Shown piece by piece: positions 8,111-21,735 of a stretch of DNA of 64,000 nucleotides. The notes under the pieces are model-generated. The model made no database searches, had not been told where the DNA came from, and was given only the letters and a program-made list of their open reading frames with translations. The stretch is from positions 228,849 through 292,848 of the forward strand of contig CAXTVA010000003.1 in assembly GCA_964247625.1 (NCBI GenBank). The letters run 5' to 3'. Each line of letters begins with the position of its first letter. The first letter of the stretch is position 1. The position numbers and the translations under genes are program-made. This DNA is from an uncultured Acidobacteriaceae bacterium (GTDB lineage: Bacteria > Acidobacteriota > Terriglobia > Terriglobales > Acidobacteriaceae).

Positions 8111-9775
8111 TCAAGGAATGGAGAGCGATGCGGGCTGCTGCGCGGTGAGAAGCGGAGAGTGAAGGAGAGGGCTGCCGCGACGGATGTAGAGGCGATAGGC
8201 CTCGATGTGAGGGTCGGTGAGCGGCAGGGGGCTTTGTTCGTTCTCACGGGGAAACTGCCGGTTGAGGGCGTCGGTGTAGTTGGTGTTGAGGTAGGTGAGG
8301 AACTCGGGCCAGCGCTGGAGCTTGGCGAAGCTGGGGTCCTGGCCGAACCACTCGTTCGAGACGACCAGGACCTCGGCGGGGTCCTTGCGGGCGAGGCGCC
8401 AGAACATGTCCTTATAGAAGCGGGCGGCGCGGCTATCGGAGCCGCTGAAGAAGAGCAGGTCGCCGGTGAAGCCGGAGTTCTGCAGGATGTCGTCGTGGTA
8501 GAGAGCGTTAAGGCAGCCGAAGACGAGATCGAAGCACTGGACCTTGTTCTGGAGGCGAGCGGCGCCACCGAGGGTGCGGAGATCCTGTTCGAGCTGCAGG
8601 GTGAGATCGCTGTTGGGGACGACGGTGCGCTGCTGATGGATGTTGTAGGGGACGAGGAGAAGGGCGATGGCGATGGCGGTGATGCCAACGGCGCGGGACC
8701 AGCCGGGCCGCCTGAGCGCCGTCATGAACTCGATGGCGGCGAGCAGAAGGAAGAAGCAGAGGAAGGTGTAGCGGTGGTGGTTGAAGCCCTTCTGCTGGAT
8801 GAAGTAGGACGCAAGGCCGAAGAAGAAGCCGGCGGTAAGGGCGGTCTTCTCCCAGTTCCAGCGGCGATTGAGCGCGAGGGCGAGGAGGGCGAGGGGCAGC
8901 AACGGAACGAAGCTGACGGGCCAGCTCCGGCGGACGAGCGACAGGAAGCCGGGGTGCCAGAGGGCGACGTAGGACGGTGTGATCACGCGTAGGACGAAGA
9001 GGAACGCGTGAACGGCCTGGAAGTGAACGAGGAAGCGAAGGACGACGGCGGTGGTGAGGGCACAGCCGGCGAGTGTCCAGAGAGTGAGGCTGAGGGCGGT
9101 GCGGCGATCTGATGGGGTGGTGCGATGGTCCGTGTAGGCGGTCCAGACGGCGATCGCGAGGACGACCGCAGGCAAGGGGGCGAGGGTCGGTTTGATCGCG
9201 ACGGCAAGGCTGGTGAGCGTGCCGAAGAGAACCATGAGCCAGGGCTGGCGGCGGCGCACGGCGGTGAAGCAGGCCGCGTAGCCGAGGATGAGGAGCGTCG
9301 CCATGACCTCCTCGCGCTCGACGGCGTAGCGGGGCCCCTCGTGGCCGTGGAGGAGGATAAAGAGGCCGCCGGCGTAGAGGCCGGCGAGCCAGTCGTAGGG
9401 GCGCGCGATGACGACCATGCCGAGGGTGAGCGCGGCGAGCAGAACGAACTCGTAGACGCGCCAGCCGAGGTCGCCTGCGCCGAAGACGGTCATGGCCCAG
9501 CGCTCGGTGAGGTAGGCGCCGGGCATGTTGTTGTCTGTGATGTCCTGGTACGGCTTGAGGCCGTGGTCGATCATGTAGTTGACGTAGTGCATGATGGGCG
9601 AGTCGACCATCAGAGGCCAGCGCCAGGACGAGACAGCATAGACGAGCGCGCCGGTGACGAGCGCGAGGACGAGCAGAAGACGCAGTGCGGCGACAAGTGA
9701 GGAGATGCGGTCTGGCGCGGGCAGAACGGGAGCGGGACGGGTGCGCACGGTGGCGGCCGCCGGGGTCATCGACAT
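8111..9775 (-). CDS. polytopic membrane protein, GT-C-type glycosyltransferase-like (ArnT/PMT/GT87-like)
   Basis: 554 aa with many hydrophobic segments followed by a soluble C-terminal domain. The first-loop motif is DSPIMHYVNYMIDHGLKPYQD. The gene starts 9 nt after the galU stop. The family assignment is tentative. Confidence 0.55.
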   Translation of the reverse strand: MSMTPAAATVRTRPAPVLPAPDRISSLVAALRLLLVLALVTGALVYAVSSWRWPLMVDSPIMHYVNYMIDHGLKPYQDITDNNMPGAYLTERWAMTVFGAGDLGWRVYEFVLLAALTLGMVVIARPYDWLAGLYAGGLFILLHGHEGPRYAVEREEVMATLLILGYAACFTAVRRRQPWLMVLFGTLTSLAVAIKPTLAPLPAVVLAIAVWTAYTDHRTTPSDRRTALSLTLWTLAGCALTTAVVLRFLVHFQAVHAFLFVLRVITPSYVALWHPGFLSLVRRSWPVSFVPLLPLALLALALNRRWNWEKTALTAGFFFGLASYFIQQKGFNHHRYTFLCFFLLLAAIEFMTALRRPGWSRAVGITAIAIALLLVPYNIHQQRTVVPNSDLTLQLEQDLRTLGGAARLQNKVQCFDLVFGCLNALYHDDILQNSGFTGDLLFFSGSDSRAARFYKDMFWRLARKDPAEVLVVSNEWFGQDPSFAKLQRWPEFLTYLNTNYTDALNRQFPRENEQSPLPLTDPHIEAYRLYIRRGSPLLHSPLLTAQQPASLSIP

Positions 9776-9784
9776 ACGACCCTC

Positions 9785-10660
9785 CTAGAGGGGAACGTTC
9801 TTGAGCCAGGCGCGAAAGGCGGGGCCGAGGTCGTCGCGCTTGAGGGCGAACTCGACGGTGGCCTTGAGAAAGCCGAGCTTGTCGCCGGCGTCGTGGCGCG
9901 TGCCCTCGTAGGAGAAGCCGAAGACCGTCTCATGCGCAAGGAGAGCCTTGATGCCGTCGGTGAGCTGGAGCTCGCCGCCGGCGCCGGGGGTGATGGTCTC
10001 GAGCATGTTAAAGATGCGGGGGGTCAATATGTAACGGCCGATGATCGCGTTCTGCGAGGGGGCATCGGCGGGCCTGGGCTTCTCGACGAGGTTGCGGACG
10101 GCAAGCAGGCGCGGGTCCTCGGGTGAGGGCGTGCAGTCGAGGCAGCCGTAGTTCTGGATGGCGGCACCTTCGACGACTTCCGAGCCGAGGATGGAGCTGC
10201 CAACCTTGCTGAAGGCCTCGACCATCTGCTTCATGCACGGCGTGGTGGCATCGACGATGTCGTCAGGCAGGAGGACGGCGAAGGGCTCGTTACCGACGAG
10301 CGTCTTGGCCATGAGGACGGCGTGGCCGAGGCCGAGCGCCTCCGGTTGGCGGACGTAGCTGATCCGGGCGAGGCGGGAGACGGAGCGGGCGATCTCGAGC
10401 AGAGCCTGCTTGCCGCGGGCTTCGAGCGAGGCTTCGAGCTCGGGGGAGCGGTCGAAGTGATCTTCCATGGTGGCCTTCCCGCGGCCCGTGACGATGATGA
10501 TCTCCGTGCAGCCCGCGGCGACGGCCTCTTCAACGCCGTACTGGATGAGGGGCTTGTCGACGAGAGGAAGCATCTCCTTCGGGGTGGCCTTGGTGGCGGG
10601 GAGGAAGCGGGTGCCCATGCCTGCGGCGGGGAAGACGGCTTTGCGAATCAGCTGTGGCAT
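9785..10660 (-). CDS. galU: UTP--glucose-1-phosphate uridylyltransferase
   Basis: 291 aa. The N-terminus KAVFPAAGMGTRFLPATKATPKEMLPLVDKPLIQY is diagnostic. Confidence 0.93.
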   Translation of the reverse strand: MPQLIRKAVFPAAGMGTRFLPATKATPKEMLPLVDKPLIQYGVEEAVAAGCTEIIIVTGRGKATMEDHFDRSPELEASLEARGKQALLEIARSVSRLARISYVRQPEALGLGHAVLMAKTLVGNEPFAVLLPDDIVDATTPCMKQMVEAFSKVGSSILGSEVVEGAAIQNYGCLDCTPSPEDPRLLAVRNLVEKPRPADAPSQNAIIGRYILTPRIFNMLETITPGAGGELQLTDGIKALLAHETVFGFSYEGTRHDAGDKLGFLKATVEFALKRDDLGPAFRAWLKNVPL

Positions 10661-10799
10661 GGGGAGGTCAGTGATCCTCGATTCGGAGAGATGTGCAATC
10701 TGCTGATGCTACCAAGCGGAGCGGGAACGCCGCCACTCGCACAGCGGCGTGAGCGCACCCGCATTTGCGGCGGCGGAGCGATGTTCGTAGCTGGGATGG

Positions 10800-12581
10800 T
10801 TACAGTACCGGCGAGTCGTTGTGGAGCATGTCTTTGCGGATGACCTTGATGGGGACGGGGCCTTCGCGCATGAAGGCGTCGTGGAACTGCTGAAGGTTGA
10901 AGCTGGCTCCCTGCTTGGCCTGAACGTCGGCGCGAAGCTGGAGGATTTGGAGTTTGCCGAGGGTGTAGTAGAGGTAGGTCGCGTCGGAGGTGCCGCGCTT
11001 GGTCTCGATGAGGCCGATGGCACGCGACTGAAAGCCTTCGCGAACGAAGAAGTCGACGGCCTGGTCGGTGGTCCACTTGCCGCCGGGCTCGCCCTCGCCG
11101 GTGTGGAGCTTGATGGAGTTGACGAAGCGGGCATCGCGCAAGAGAGCATCCTGGAGCTGGCCGAGGCGGATGAGTTTGGCCTCTCGCGAGCCGGCAGTGA
11201 CGCCGGGTGGAAGATAGCCCTCGTCCAGCATCATCTGCTCGCAGTAGTGCGCCCAGCCCTCGATGTTGGTCGCGGAGCCGGTGAGCTTGCGAATCTTCGA
11301 GGGGAACTGGTCCTGCCAGAGGAACTGCACGTAGTGGCCGGGGTAGGCCTCGTGCACGGCGGTTGACGTGATGGTGCCGACGTTAAAGGCGGCCATGTGC
11401 TCGGCGACGTGCTCCGGCGTCCAGTTTTTCTCAGGCAAGGTGACGTTGAAGTAGGCCTTGGTGGAGTGGGTCTCAAAGGCGCCGGGTGCGTCCATGGAGG
11501 CCTGGGTAGTCGCGCGCTCGAAGGGCGGGGTCTCCTCGAGAGTGGGCTCGACCTTGGAGGGAATGGTGATGATCTGTTTGCTGTTGATGAAGGCGATCAG
11601 GCTTGAAAACTGGGCTTGAAACGTTGCAAGGAGAGCATCAGGCGAGGGATGAATGGTTGCGAGCTGGGCGAGGACCTCCTGAGGCGTCTTCGACGGATCG
11701 ATCTCCTTGGCGATGCGGGCGAACTCGGTCTGATTCCTGTGCAGGTCGGTGTAGGCGATCTCGAGCAGGCGCGGGAGCGGGAGGTCGACCATCTCGTCGT
11801 AGGCGAGCTTCTTACGGAAGGTGTCGCTGCCGAGGCGGTAGTCGCCGTTTGAACGCGGAAGCAGGTCGGTGCGCATCCACGTGCCGTAGCTCTTGAGGGC
11901 CTCGATGACGGCCGCGTTGGACTGGGCGAAGTCAGCTTTGGTCTTCGCATCGGTCGCGTCGGCGAAGGCGGAGGGGACGTCGTTCTGGAAGAAGCTGACG
12001 AGGCCGCCGATCTGCTCGAGCGCGATCTCGGTGAAGATGTGTGGCGGATTCTTGAGGTTCTGGCGGGCGGCGGAGAAGGCGGCGGGGATCTGCCGCTCGC
12101 GTTCGATGGCGGCGCGAAGGCGCACGTCGGTGGGCGCGAAGGGACGCTCCATGAGGACGAAGATGGAGCCGGTCACGCCAGAGGAGTAGAGATCGGGATT
12201 CTTCTCCCAGTTGCGGATGGTATCGAGCGAGAGGAGCTGGGAGCGGATGCTGTTGAGGAGGATCTCGCGGTCGGCGGCGACGGGGGCATCGAGCGCACTG
12301 GGGTCGACGGCAGCGAGCTTCTGCTCGTAGCTGCGCAGGGCCGCGATGTTGCGCTGAACGCCGGGAGCGGAGTAGTCCTCGAGCTGCTTATCGTACTGGT
12401 GGAAGCCGATCGATGTGGCTTGGCTGGGATTGAAGTAGAAGAAGACGTCAGTGAAGTACTGGTCGGCAAGAGTCTGGAAGGTCTGGGCGGCGCCGTCGGC
12501 GGCGGTGTGCTGGGCGAGGGCGGTGGGCATCATGGCGAAGGTGAGGAGCGCGGCGGTCAACGTGGCGAGGGGTGTCTTCAT
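10800..12581 (-). CDS. DUF885 family secreted protein (putative metallopeptidase-like)
   Basis: The start was re-picked at ATG 12581 (MKTPLATLTAALLTFAMMPTALAQ signal peptide). The conserved HEAYPGHYVQ motif of DUF885 is present. Confidence 0.8.
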   Translation of the reverse strand: MKTPLATLTAALLTFAMMPTALAQHTAADGAAQTFQTLADQYFTDVFFYFNPSQATSIGFHQYDKQLEDYSAPGVQRNIAALRSYEQKLAAVDPSALDAPVAADREILLNSIRSQLLSLDTIRNWEKNPDLYSSGVTGSIFVLMERPFAPTDVRLRAAIERERQIPAAFSAARQNLKNPPHIFTEIALEQIGGLVSFFQNDVPSAFADATDAKTKADFAQSNAAVIEALKSYGTWMRTDLLPRSNGDYRLGSDTFRKKLAYDEMVDLPLPRLLEIAYTDLHRNQTEFARIAKEIDPSKTPQEVLAQLATIHPSPDALLATFQAQFSSLIAFINSKQIITIPSKVEPTLEETPPFERATTQASMDAPGAFETHSTKAYFNVTLPEKNWTPEHVAEHMAAFNVGTITSTAVHEAYPGHYVQFLWQDQFPSKIRKLTGSATNIEGWAHYCEQMMLDEGYLPPGVTAGSREAKLIRLGQLQDALLRDARFVNSIKLHTGEGEPGGKWTTDQAVDFFVREGFQSRAIGLIETKRGTSDATYLYYTLGKLQILQLRADVQAKQGASFNLQQFHDAFMREGPVPIKVIRKDMLHNDSPVL

Positions 12582-12633
12582 CGGCGTGAGGGCAGTGTAC
12601 GACGAGGACGGGCGATGGAGGTTGTCTGCGTCG

Positions 12634-16617
<3,984 letters not shown>

Positions 16618-16798
16618 GGCTCAGTGGCTAGGATAGAGCAGTTCTGCTGAGGAGATGAAGCGGAGGGCGGGGGGCGTGCTGTTTCGACGGAAGAACGGCG
16701 CAGACGATCCTGGCTCGTGGTGTCTCCTGCGGAGATCGCTCGAGCTGCCTGGCGGGTGTCGCTGAGCGATGGCTCGACGTTTGCTGCTGCAAACGGAA

Positions 16799-16827
16799 GC
16801 GGGCCGCGAGAGAGTCTCGCGGCCCGC
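16799..16827 (-). terminator. intrinsic terminator downstream of the receptor gene
   Basis: A 13-bp perfect stem GCGGGCCGCGAGA/TCTCGCGGCCCGC lies 20 nt after the stop at 16847. On the minus strand it is followed by TTCCGTTTG. Confidence 0.6.
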
Positions 16828-16846
16828 TGGTGTGGTGCGGTGAGGA

Positions 16847-19800
16847 TTAGAAGGTGAGGCGGCCGCTCAGCTGGCCGTTTCGGGCGCCGCTGTTCGAGCC
16901 GTTGAGGCTTTGCTGTCCTGAGGGGATAAAGCCGAAGTTGCTCGAGTTATCGATGTTTGCATTGGGTGAGTTGAAACGAACGCGATTGAGAAGGTTGAAG
17001 TAGTTCATCTCGAGCACAAAGCTAGCGTGTTCACCCAAGGCGAACTTCTTCGAGGCTTTCAGGCTCTCCTCGTAGACGCCTGGACCACGCAGCTCAGGAT
17101 AGTTCCGTTTTGCATTGCCGAGAGTAAACGAACTGCTGGTACTGACGAAGGCGTTCGTACTGAAGACCGTGCGATTGCTCTGTCCTGTTGCGAAGTTGAA
17201 GTTCTTGTAGTTTGTCGAGCTGCGGGAGACTCCCGGCACCTCATTGGGTCGATTGAAGCATCCAGCACAGCCGAGAGGATTGCCATTCTCACTGATGCCG
17301 AACGGATTTCCAGTCTCGTAGTCGAGGATGAAGCCAAGCTGGATGCCGCCGACGATCTGACCGGTGATTCCCTTGTTATTGACAAAGGACTTTCCAGGCC
17401 CGATCGGTAGCTCATAGGTGCCACTGACCTTGGCATTGTTGAGTTCGTCGGCGCCGCTTACGGTGTATTCCGCCTTCTGGTTGTACTTGTTCTCGGGCAG
17501 CGTGGCAAAGGTGGCGAAGGCACTATCGACGTTGGCGAGCGTTCTCGACAGAGTGTATGACGTGAGGAAGGAGAGGCCGTTTGAGAAGCGCTTTTCCAAG
17601 CTGGCCTGCAGGCCGTTGTATGCGGCGGTACCGGTCAGGTCGAAGTTGTTGTAGACGTTTGAGTACTGCGGGAAAGGAGAAAGTGCGTGAGCTACGGTCG
17701 CGCTCCCACCCAGATCGTTGACGAAATTGGGATATGGAGAGGTGAAGCCGGCTGCGATGGCTTGCGGCGAGTTGATGGGCTGGCTGAGCAGTGCACCGTA
17801 CTGCAGGATGGATGGATTTGGTTGACTGATGGGATTGAGCTGTCCATCGAGATGGAGTGCACGGTTCCCGATGTAGGCCACCTGGAGGAAGGTGTTCCAG
17901 GGGAGCTGATGCTGCACGTTCACATTCCATTGTTGTAGATACGGAGGACGGCCACTTCCCACCGGGTCGAAGGCGCGGATAGTGGTGCCGATGCCAAGAG
18001 CCGGGCTGATCGTGGCGGCTGCGGGCGCGGGAAGGGGTTGCGTATCCCACGATCCGTAGCCGGGAGTGACGCCACCGGTGCTATTTGCGGTGAACGATCC
18101 TTGCAAGAGGTTGCCGTAGCTGGTGGCAACCTTGCTGGTACCGAACTCATAAGAGCCACCGTTGAGGTAGGCGACGTTATAGCCCGCCTGGATGACGGTC
18201 CGACTGTTAACGGCATAGGCGAAGCCAATGCGGGGGCCGAAGTTCTTGAAGTGGATATCTGCCCGGTTCACGCCGCCGGACGCATTGCTGAATTGATTGG
18301 CGACACCCGGCAGGTTCCCTGCGAGAGGGTTGAGCGCGGTCTGGTTGAGAAAGACGATCTGGTTCTTCTTCTCAGTGAAGGGAAGCATAAGATCCCATCG
18401 AAGGCCGAGGTTGACGGTCAGCTTGGGTGTGAGCTTGATGTCATCCTGAATGTAGGGCGCAATGAGAAGGTTACGCAGGCTGAGCTCATTCGCGAAGATA
18501 CGTTGTGCGCTGTCAACCTGTCCGAGGAGGAAGCTGGCGAAGGAGTTGCCGGTCGTCCCGATGTTGTTCGGATCAGCGGTGGTTCGCTGGCTGAAGCTGA
18601 ATCCGCCGGTGCACTCCTGGCACTCGTTATCGTCCTGGTAGCTGCGCCGAGCCTCGCCGCCGAAGTTGAAGGTGTTTCGACCCTTGGTCCAGAGCCAGTT
18701 GTTGACGGCAGAGAGACCGAGCTTGCGGTTGATGGACTGCGTCTCTCCGTTGGTGTTGACGCCAAAGCCGGTGGTGGCATTTTGCCCGTCGAAGGAGATC
18801 GCCGGCGGAAGACCCTGGGCGATAGGACTGGGGGCCGTGGGGAAGATGTTCGATTTAGGACTCTGAGAGAACTCGTTGTTGATCTCTCCAATCCAGGCGA
18901 CACCGGCAGTGAAGACAAGCTTCGGCGTGACGGCGTTGACGTAGTTCAAGAGGAAGACCGTGCCCAGGTCGGGTTGATATTTGGTGCTCTGCAGGGGGCT
19001 GCTCACGGGGAAGATATCTCCACCACCGGGTCCGCTGCCGTTGAAGACGATTGTGCTGTAGGAGTTACGCCATTCCGCGAAGTGCAGCGACTGCTTCGAG
19101 TTCAGGTTGTGATCGATCGTAAAGCCAAAGACGTGATTGACTGTCGGCAGAGGGGTCGGAAGGTAGTTCTTGTTGGTGTTCAGACCGGGACGATCGGGAT
19201 CCGGAATAAGCGGAAGGATGGCGCGTGACGCTGCACTGAAGCGCGCGGGATCGATCACATTCAACCTGCCCTGATACTGGAACTGCTGGCCGGTGGTCGG
19301 ATCAAAGATCGGAATCAGGTTGCCGTTCCCGTCGACGAAGTCGGAGAAGTCACCGGTCTTCTGCTGGGCGGTCGGAACCGTTCCGAGGCTGGTCTGCGTG
19401 TTATTGGTCTTGGCGAAGTCGAGAGCAAAGAGGAAGAACGTGCGGTCTTTGCCGTTGTAGAAGTGAGGGATGCTGGCTGGTCCGGCGATGGTGAAGCCGT
19501 AGTTATTCTCGCGATCGCTCGGGGTGGTTGTGTTGAAGTAGCCGCGCGCGTCGAAGAACTCGTTGCGATTAATGTAGAAGGCATCGCCGTGATACTGGTT
19601 GGTACCGGAGGCCGTCTGGTAGGTGACGGCGCCCTGGGCGAGACCGTACTTCGCGGAGAAGGTGGAGCGCTCCAGGCGGAACTGGTTGACAAGCTCGAAG
19701 GGCGGATTGAAGTTGCCGGTGTTGCCGGCGGTCTCGGATTGCGGCGCCGGAATGCCGTTGTAGAGAACCTCCTGTTCGAAGTTGACGCCGCCGTTGATGT

Positions 19801-20371
19801 TGTGGGAGAAGGTACTGCCGGTGACGCCGGGGGCGAGAAACTGGAGGGTATCGATCTGACGGCCACGACCGCCTCCGATGGTCACGGGAAGCGACGTGAC
19901 GACCTCAGGCTCAATGGTGGTCCCGAGCTCGGGCTGGGTCGTGTTCAAGGCGATGAGGTCCGCGTTGACCTCAATGGTCTGATTGGACTCGCCATTCGAG
20001 AGTTTGACATCGATCGTGGATTGGAGGGTGACCTCAATATTGACGTCGTTCTTCACGGTCTTGCTGAAGCCGGGCGCGGTGACAGTGATGGTGTAGCGGC
20101 CGGGTAGCAGGCCAGTCGCCGTGTACTCCCCGGCAGAGCCGGAGACGACGTTGGTAGTGATCTGGGTCGCGACGTTGGTGACGGCGACCGTTGCGCCGGG
20201 CACGATAGCGCCGGAGTTGTCGGTGATGGTCCCGGTGACACCGCTGGACGCCTGGGCGAGGCAGGCGACGGAGCTGGTCGAAAGGATCGCGACTGCTGAG
20301 AGCGGGAGCAGGGTTCGCCGGACGCGCGACAGGGCGAGGACCCAGGTGTGGATGTGGTGCATGCGTGCCAT
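16847..20371 (-). CDS. TonB-dependent receptor with N-terminal carboxypeptidase-regulatory-like domain
   Basis: ATG at 20371 is preceded by GGAGG. It has a signal peptide, a CarboxypepD_reg-like segment (GTITDNSGAIVPGATVAVTN...PGRYTITVTAPGF) and a plug-like segment. The long beta-barrel ends in ...GRLTF (C-terminal Phe). Confidence 0.85.
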   Translation of the reverse strand: MARMHHIHTWVLALSRVRRTLLPLSAVAILSTSSVACLAQASSGVTGTITDNSGAIVPGATVAVTNVATQITTNVVSGSAGEYTATGLLPGRYTITVTAPGFSKTVKNDVNIEVTLQSTIDVKLSNGESNQTIEVNADLIALNTTQPELGTTIEPEVVTSLPVTIGGGRGRQIDTLQFLAPGVTGSTFSHNINGGVNFEQEVLYNGIPAPQSETAGNTGNFNPPFELVNQFRLERSTFSAKYGLAQGAVTYQTASGTNQYHGDAFYINRNEFFDARGYFNTTTPSDRENNYGFTIAGPASIPHFYNGKDRTFFLFALDFAKTNNTQTSLGTVPTAQQKTGDFSDFVDGNGNLIPIFDPTTGQQFQYQGRLNVIDPARFSAASRAILPLIPDPDRPGLNTNKNYLPTPLPTVNHVFGFTIDHNLNSKQSLHFAEWRNSYSTIVFNGSGPGGGDIFPVSSPLQSTKYQPDLGTVFLLNYVNAVTPKLVFTAGVAWIGEINNEFSQSPKSNIFPTAPSPIAQGLPPAISFDGQNATTGFGVNTNGETQSINRKLGLSAVNNWLWTKGRNTFNFGGEARRSYQDDNECQECTGGFSFSQRTTADPNNIGTTGNSFASFLLGQVDSAQRIFANELSLRNLLIAPYIQDDIKLTPKLTVNLGLRWDLMLPFTEKKNQIVFLNQTALNPLAGNLPGVANQFSNASGGVNRADIHFKNFGPRIGFAYAVNSRTVIQAGYNVAYLNGGSYEFGTSKVATSYGNLLQGSFTANSTGGVTPGYGSWDTQPLPAPAAATISPALGIGTTIRAFDPVGSGRPPYLQQWNVNVQHQLPWNTFLQVAYIGNRALHLDGQLNPISQPNPSILQYGALLSQPINSPQAIAAGFTSPYPNFVNDLGGSATVAHALSPFPQYSNVYNNFDLTGTAAYNGLQASLEKRFSNGLSFLTSYTLSRTLANVDSAFATFATLPENKYNQKAEYTVSGADELNNAKVSGTYELPIGPGKSFVNNKGITGQIVGGIQLGFILDYETGNPFGISENGNPLGCAGCFNRPNEVPGVSRSSTNYKNFNFATGQSNRTVFSTNAFVSTSSSFTLGNAKRNYPELRGPGVYEESLKASKKFALGEHASFVLEMNYFNLLNRVRFNSPNANIDNSSNFGFIPSGQQSLNGSNSGARNGQLSGRLTF

Positions 20372-20442
20372 ACAGCCTCCAGAAACACTCTGGCACCTCA
20401 TCGAACGGACGCCGAGTGGAAACGATTCCAAGTAAGGAAAAA

Positions 20443-20471
20443 ACGTTATGCGCCGGCGGTGTGAAAGTCAA
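20443..20471 (-). promoter_or_regulatory. candidate sigma70-type promoter for the receptor gene
   Basis: The minus strand reads TTGACT (20471-20466), a 17-nt spacer, then TAACGT (20448-20443). It sits in an AT-richer 228-bp gap. Confidence 0.3.
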
Positions 20472-20599
20472 TCCTGAAATGTGGTCCCGGAGTGTGGAGA
20501 TTAACGGCTTGCCCGCCACTCGAAGATCTCCCATAGGAAGGGCCTTTCCCCAGAGCGACTCGTTGATCTGTACCGGGATGGAAGCACATACGGACACGT

Positions 20600-21607
20600 T
20601 TAGGCCGGGGGCACGTTTGGCGTCTCCGTTTCTGAGTGGGTGCCGGCGATGCGCTCGACCTCGCGAAACTGCGCGGCGGCCGCCGTATTCTGGCCGAGGC
20701 GCCGATAGAGGCGACCTAGCAGGAAGTGCGGCTGCTCGGCATCGGGGGCGAGCTCGGTGGCCCGCTGGAGGGCCTGGATGGCCTCGGTGTCGAGGCGAAG
20801 GATATCGAGGGCGCGGCCGAGCTCCTGGTGAGCGAGGGCGTTGTTTGGTCCGAGCGTGGTGGCCTCCCGGAGCGGGGCCAGAGCGCGGTCGGCGTGCTGT
20901 TGCGAGAGCAGGAGCATGCCGAGGTCGAGGTACGGCTGCGGGTCGCGAACGGCTGCGGCCTTCTGCCACGCGATCGCAGCCTGGAAGGCGGCTTCGGCTT
21001 CGGGAGCGCGGTCGAGTCTTTCGAGGGCGAGGCCGCGGTTGTACTCGGCACGCACGTCGTTTGGGGAGAGCTGGAGGCAGCGCTCAAAGGAGGCGAGGGC
21101 GTCTGCGGCGTGATCGAGGGTGTACTGGGTGCGACCGAGCATATACCACGCGAACCGGTTGCGCGGCGCCTGGGCCGTTGCGTCCTGCAGCCAGTGTTCC
21201 GCCTCCGTATAGGCCTTGAGCAGGATGTAGTCCGACGCAACGACGATGAGGTCATCCGGCGTTGGCGGACGCAGACGGGCGCCTGCGGTGTACTCGGCGA
21301 GCGACTCGGTCGCGCGGTCGCGGCGGAAGAGAACGTAGCCGAGGAGATAGTGAGGCTCGGGCGCCTCCGGGGTGGCGGCGAGCAGCGGCCGGAGCGCCTG
21401 CTCGGCAGCGGTCCAATCGGCGATCTTGATGGCTTGGTAGGCCGCCTGAAGGGTCTGCTGGGTCGGGGTTGTTGCGATGTGGGCTGGTGTCGCTTGCGCC
21501 GGCAGCGACGGGCCCTTCGCGACGGCGAGGGTCACCGTAGCAGCGATGGCCAGCCGAGCGCCGCGGCCGAGGGTGTGCGGCCGTCCAGGTGTGCGCGGGA
21601 GGTGCAT
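20600..21607 (-). CDS. secreted TPR-repeat protein (paralog of 27989..28966)
   Basis: The start was re-picked at ATG 21607 (MHLPRTPG...AIAATVTLAVA). It has multiple TPR units. The upstream part of the 491-aa ORF is R/H/P junk. Confidence 0.7.
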   Translation of the reverse strand: MHLPRTPGRPHTLGRGARLAIAATVTLAVAKGPSLPAQATPAHIATTPTQQTLQAAYQAIKIADWTAAEQALRPLLAATPEAPEPHYLLGYVLFRRDRATESLAEYTAGARLRPPTPDDLIVVASDYILLKAYTEAEHWLQDATAQAPRNRFAWYMLGRTQYTLDHAADALASFERCLQLSPNDVRAEYNRGLALERLDRAPEAEAAFQAAIAWQKAAAVRDPQPYLDLGMLLLSQQHADRALAPLREATTLGPNNALAHQELGRALDILRLDTEAIQALQRATELAPDAEQPHFLLGRLYRRLGQNTAAAAQFREVERIAGTHSETETPNVPPA

Positions 21608-21735
21608 GGACGAGGAGAGTGTACCGCTGTTCGACGCAGAGGATCTCGTGCGTGCCGCTGTGTCGCGTGTCGCTCTGGGTGGCGGCAACTTGCCGGGAAG
21701 TTGGGCAGGTTGAGGGTCGGCCGGCGTACTTGGAG

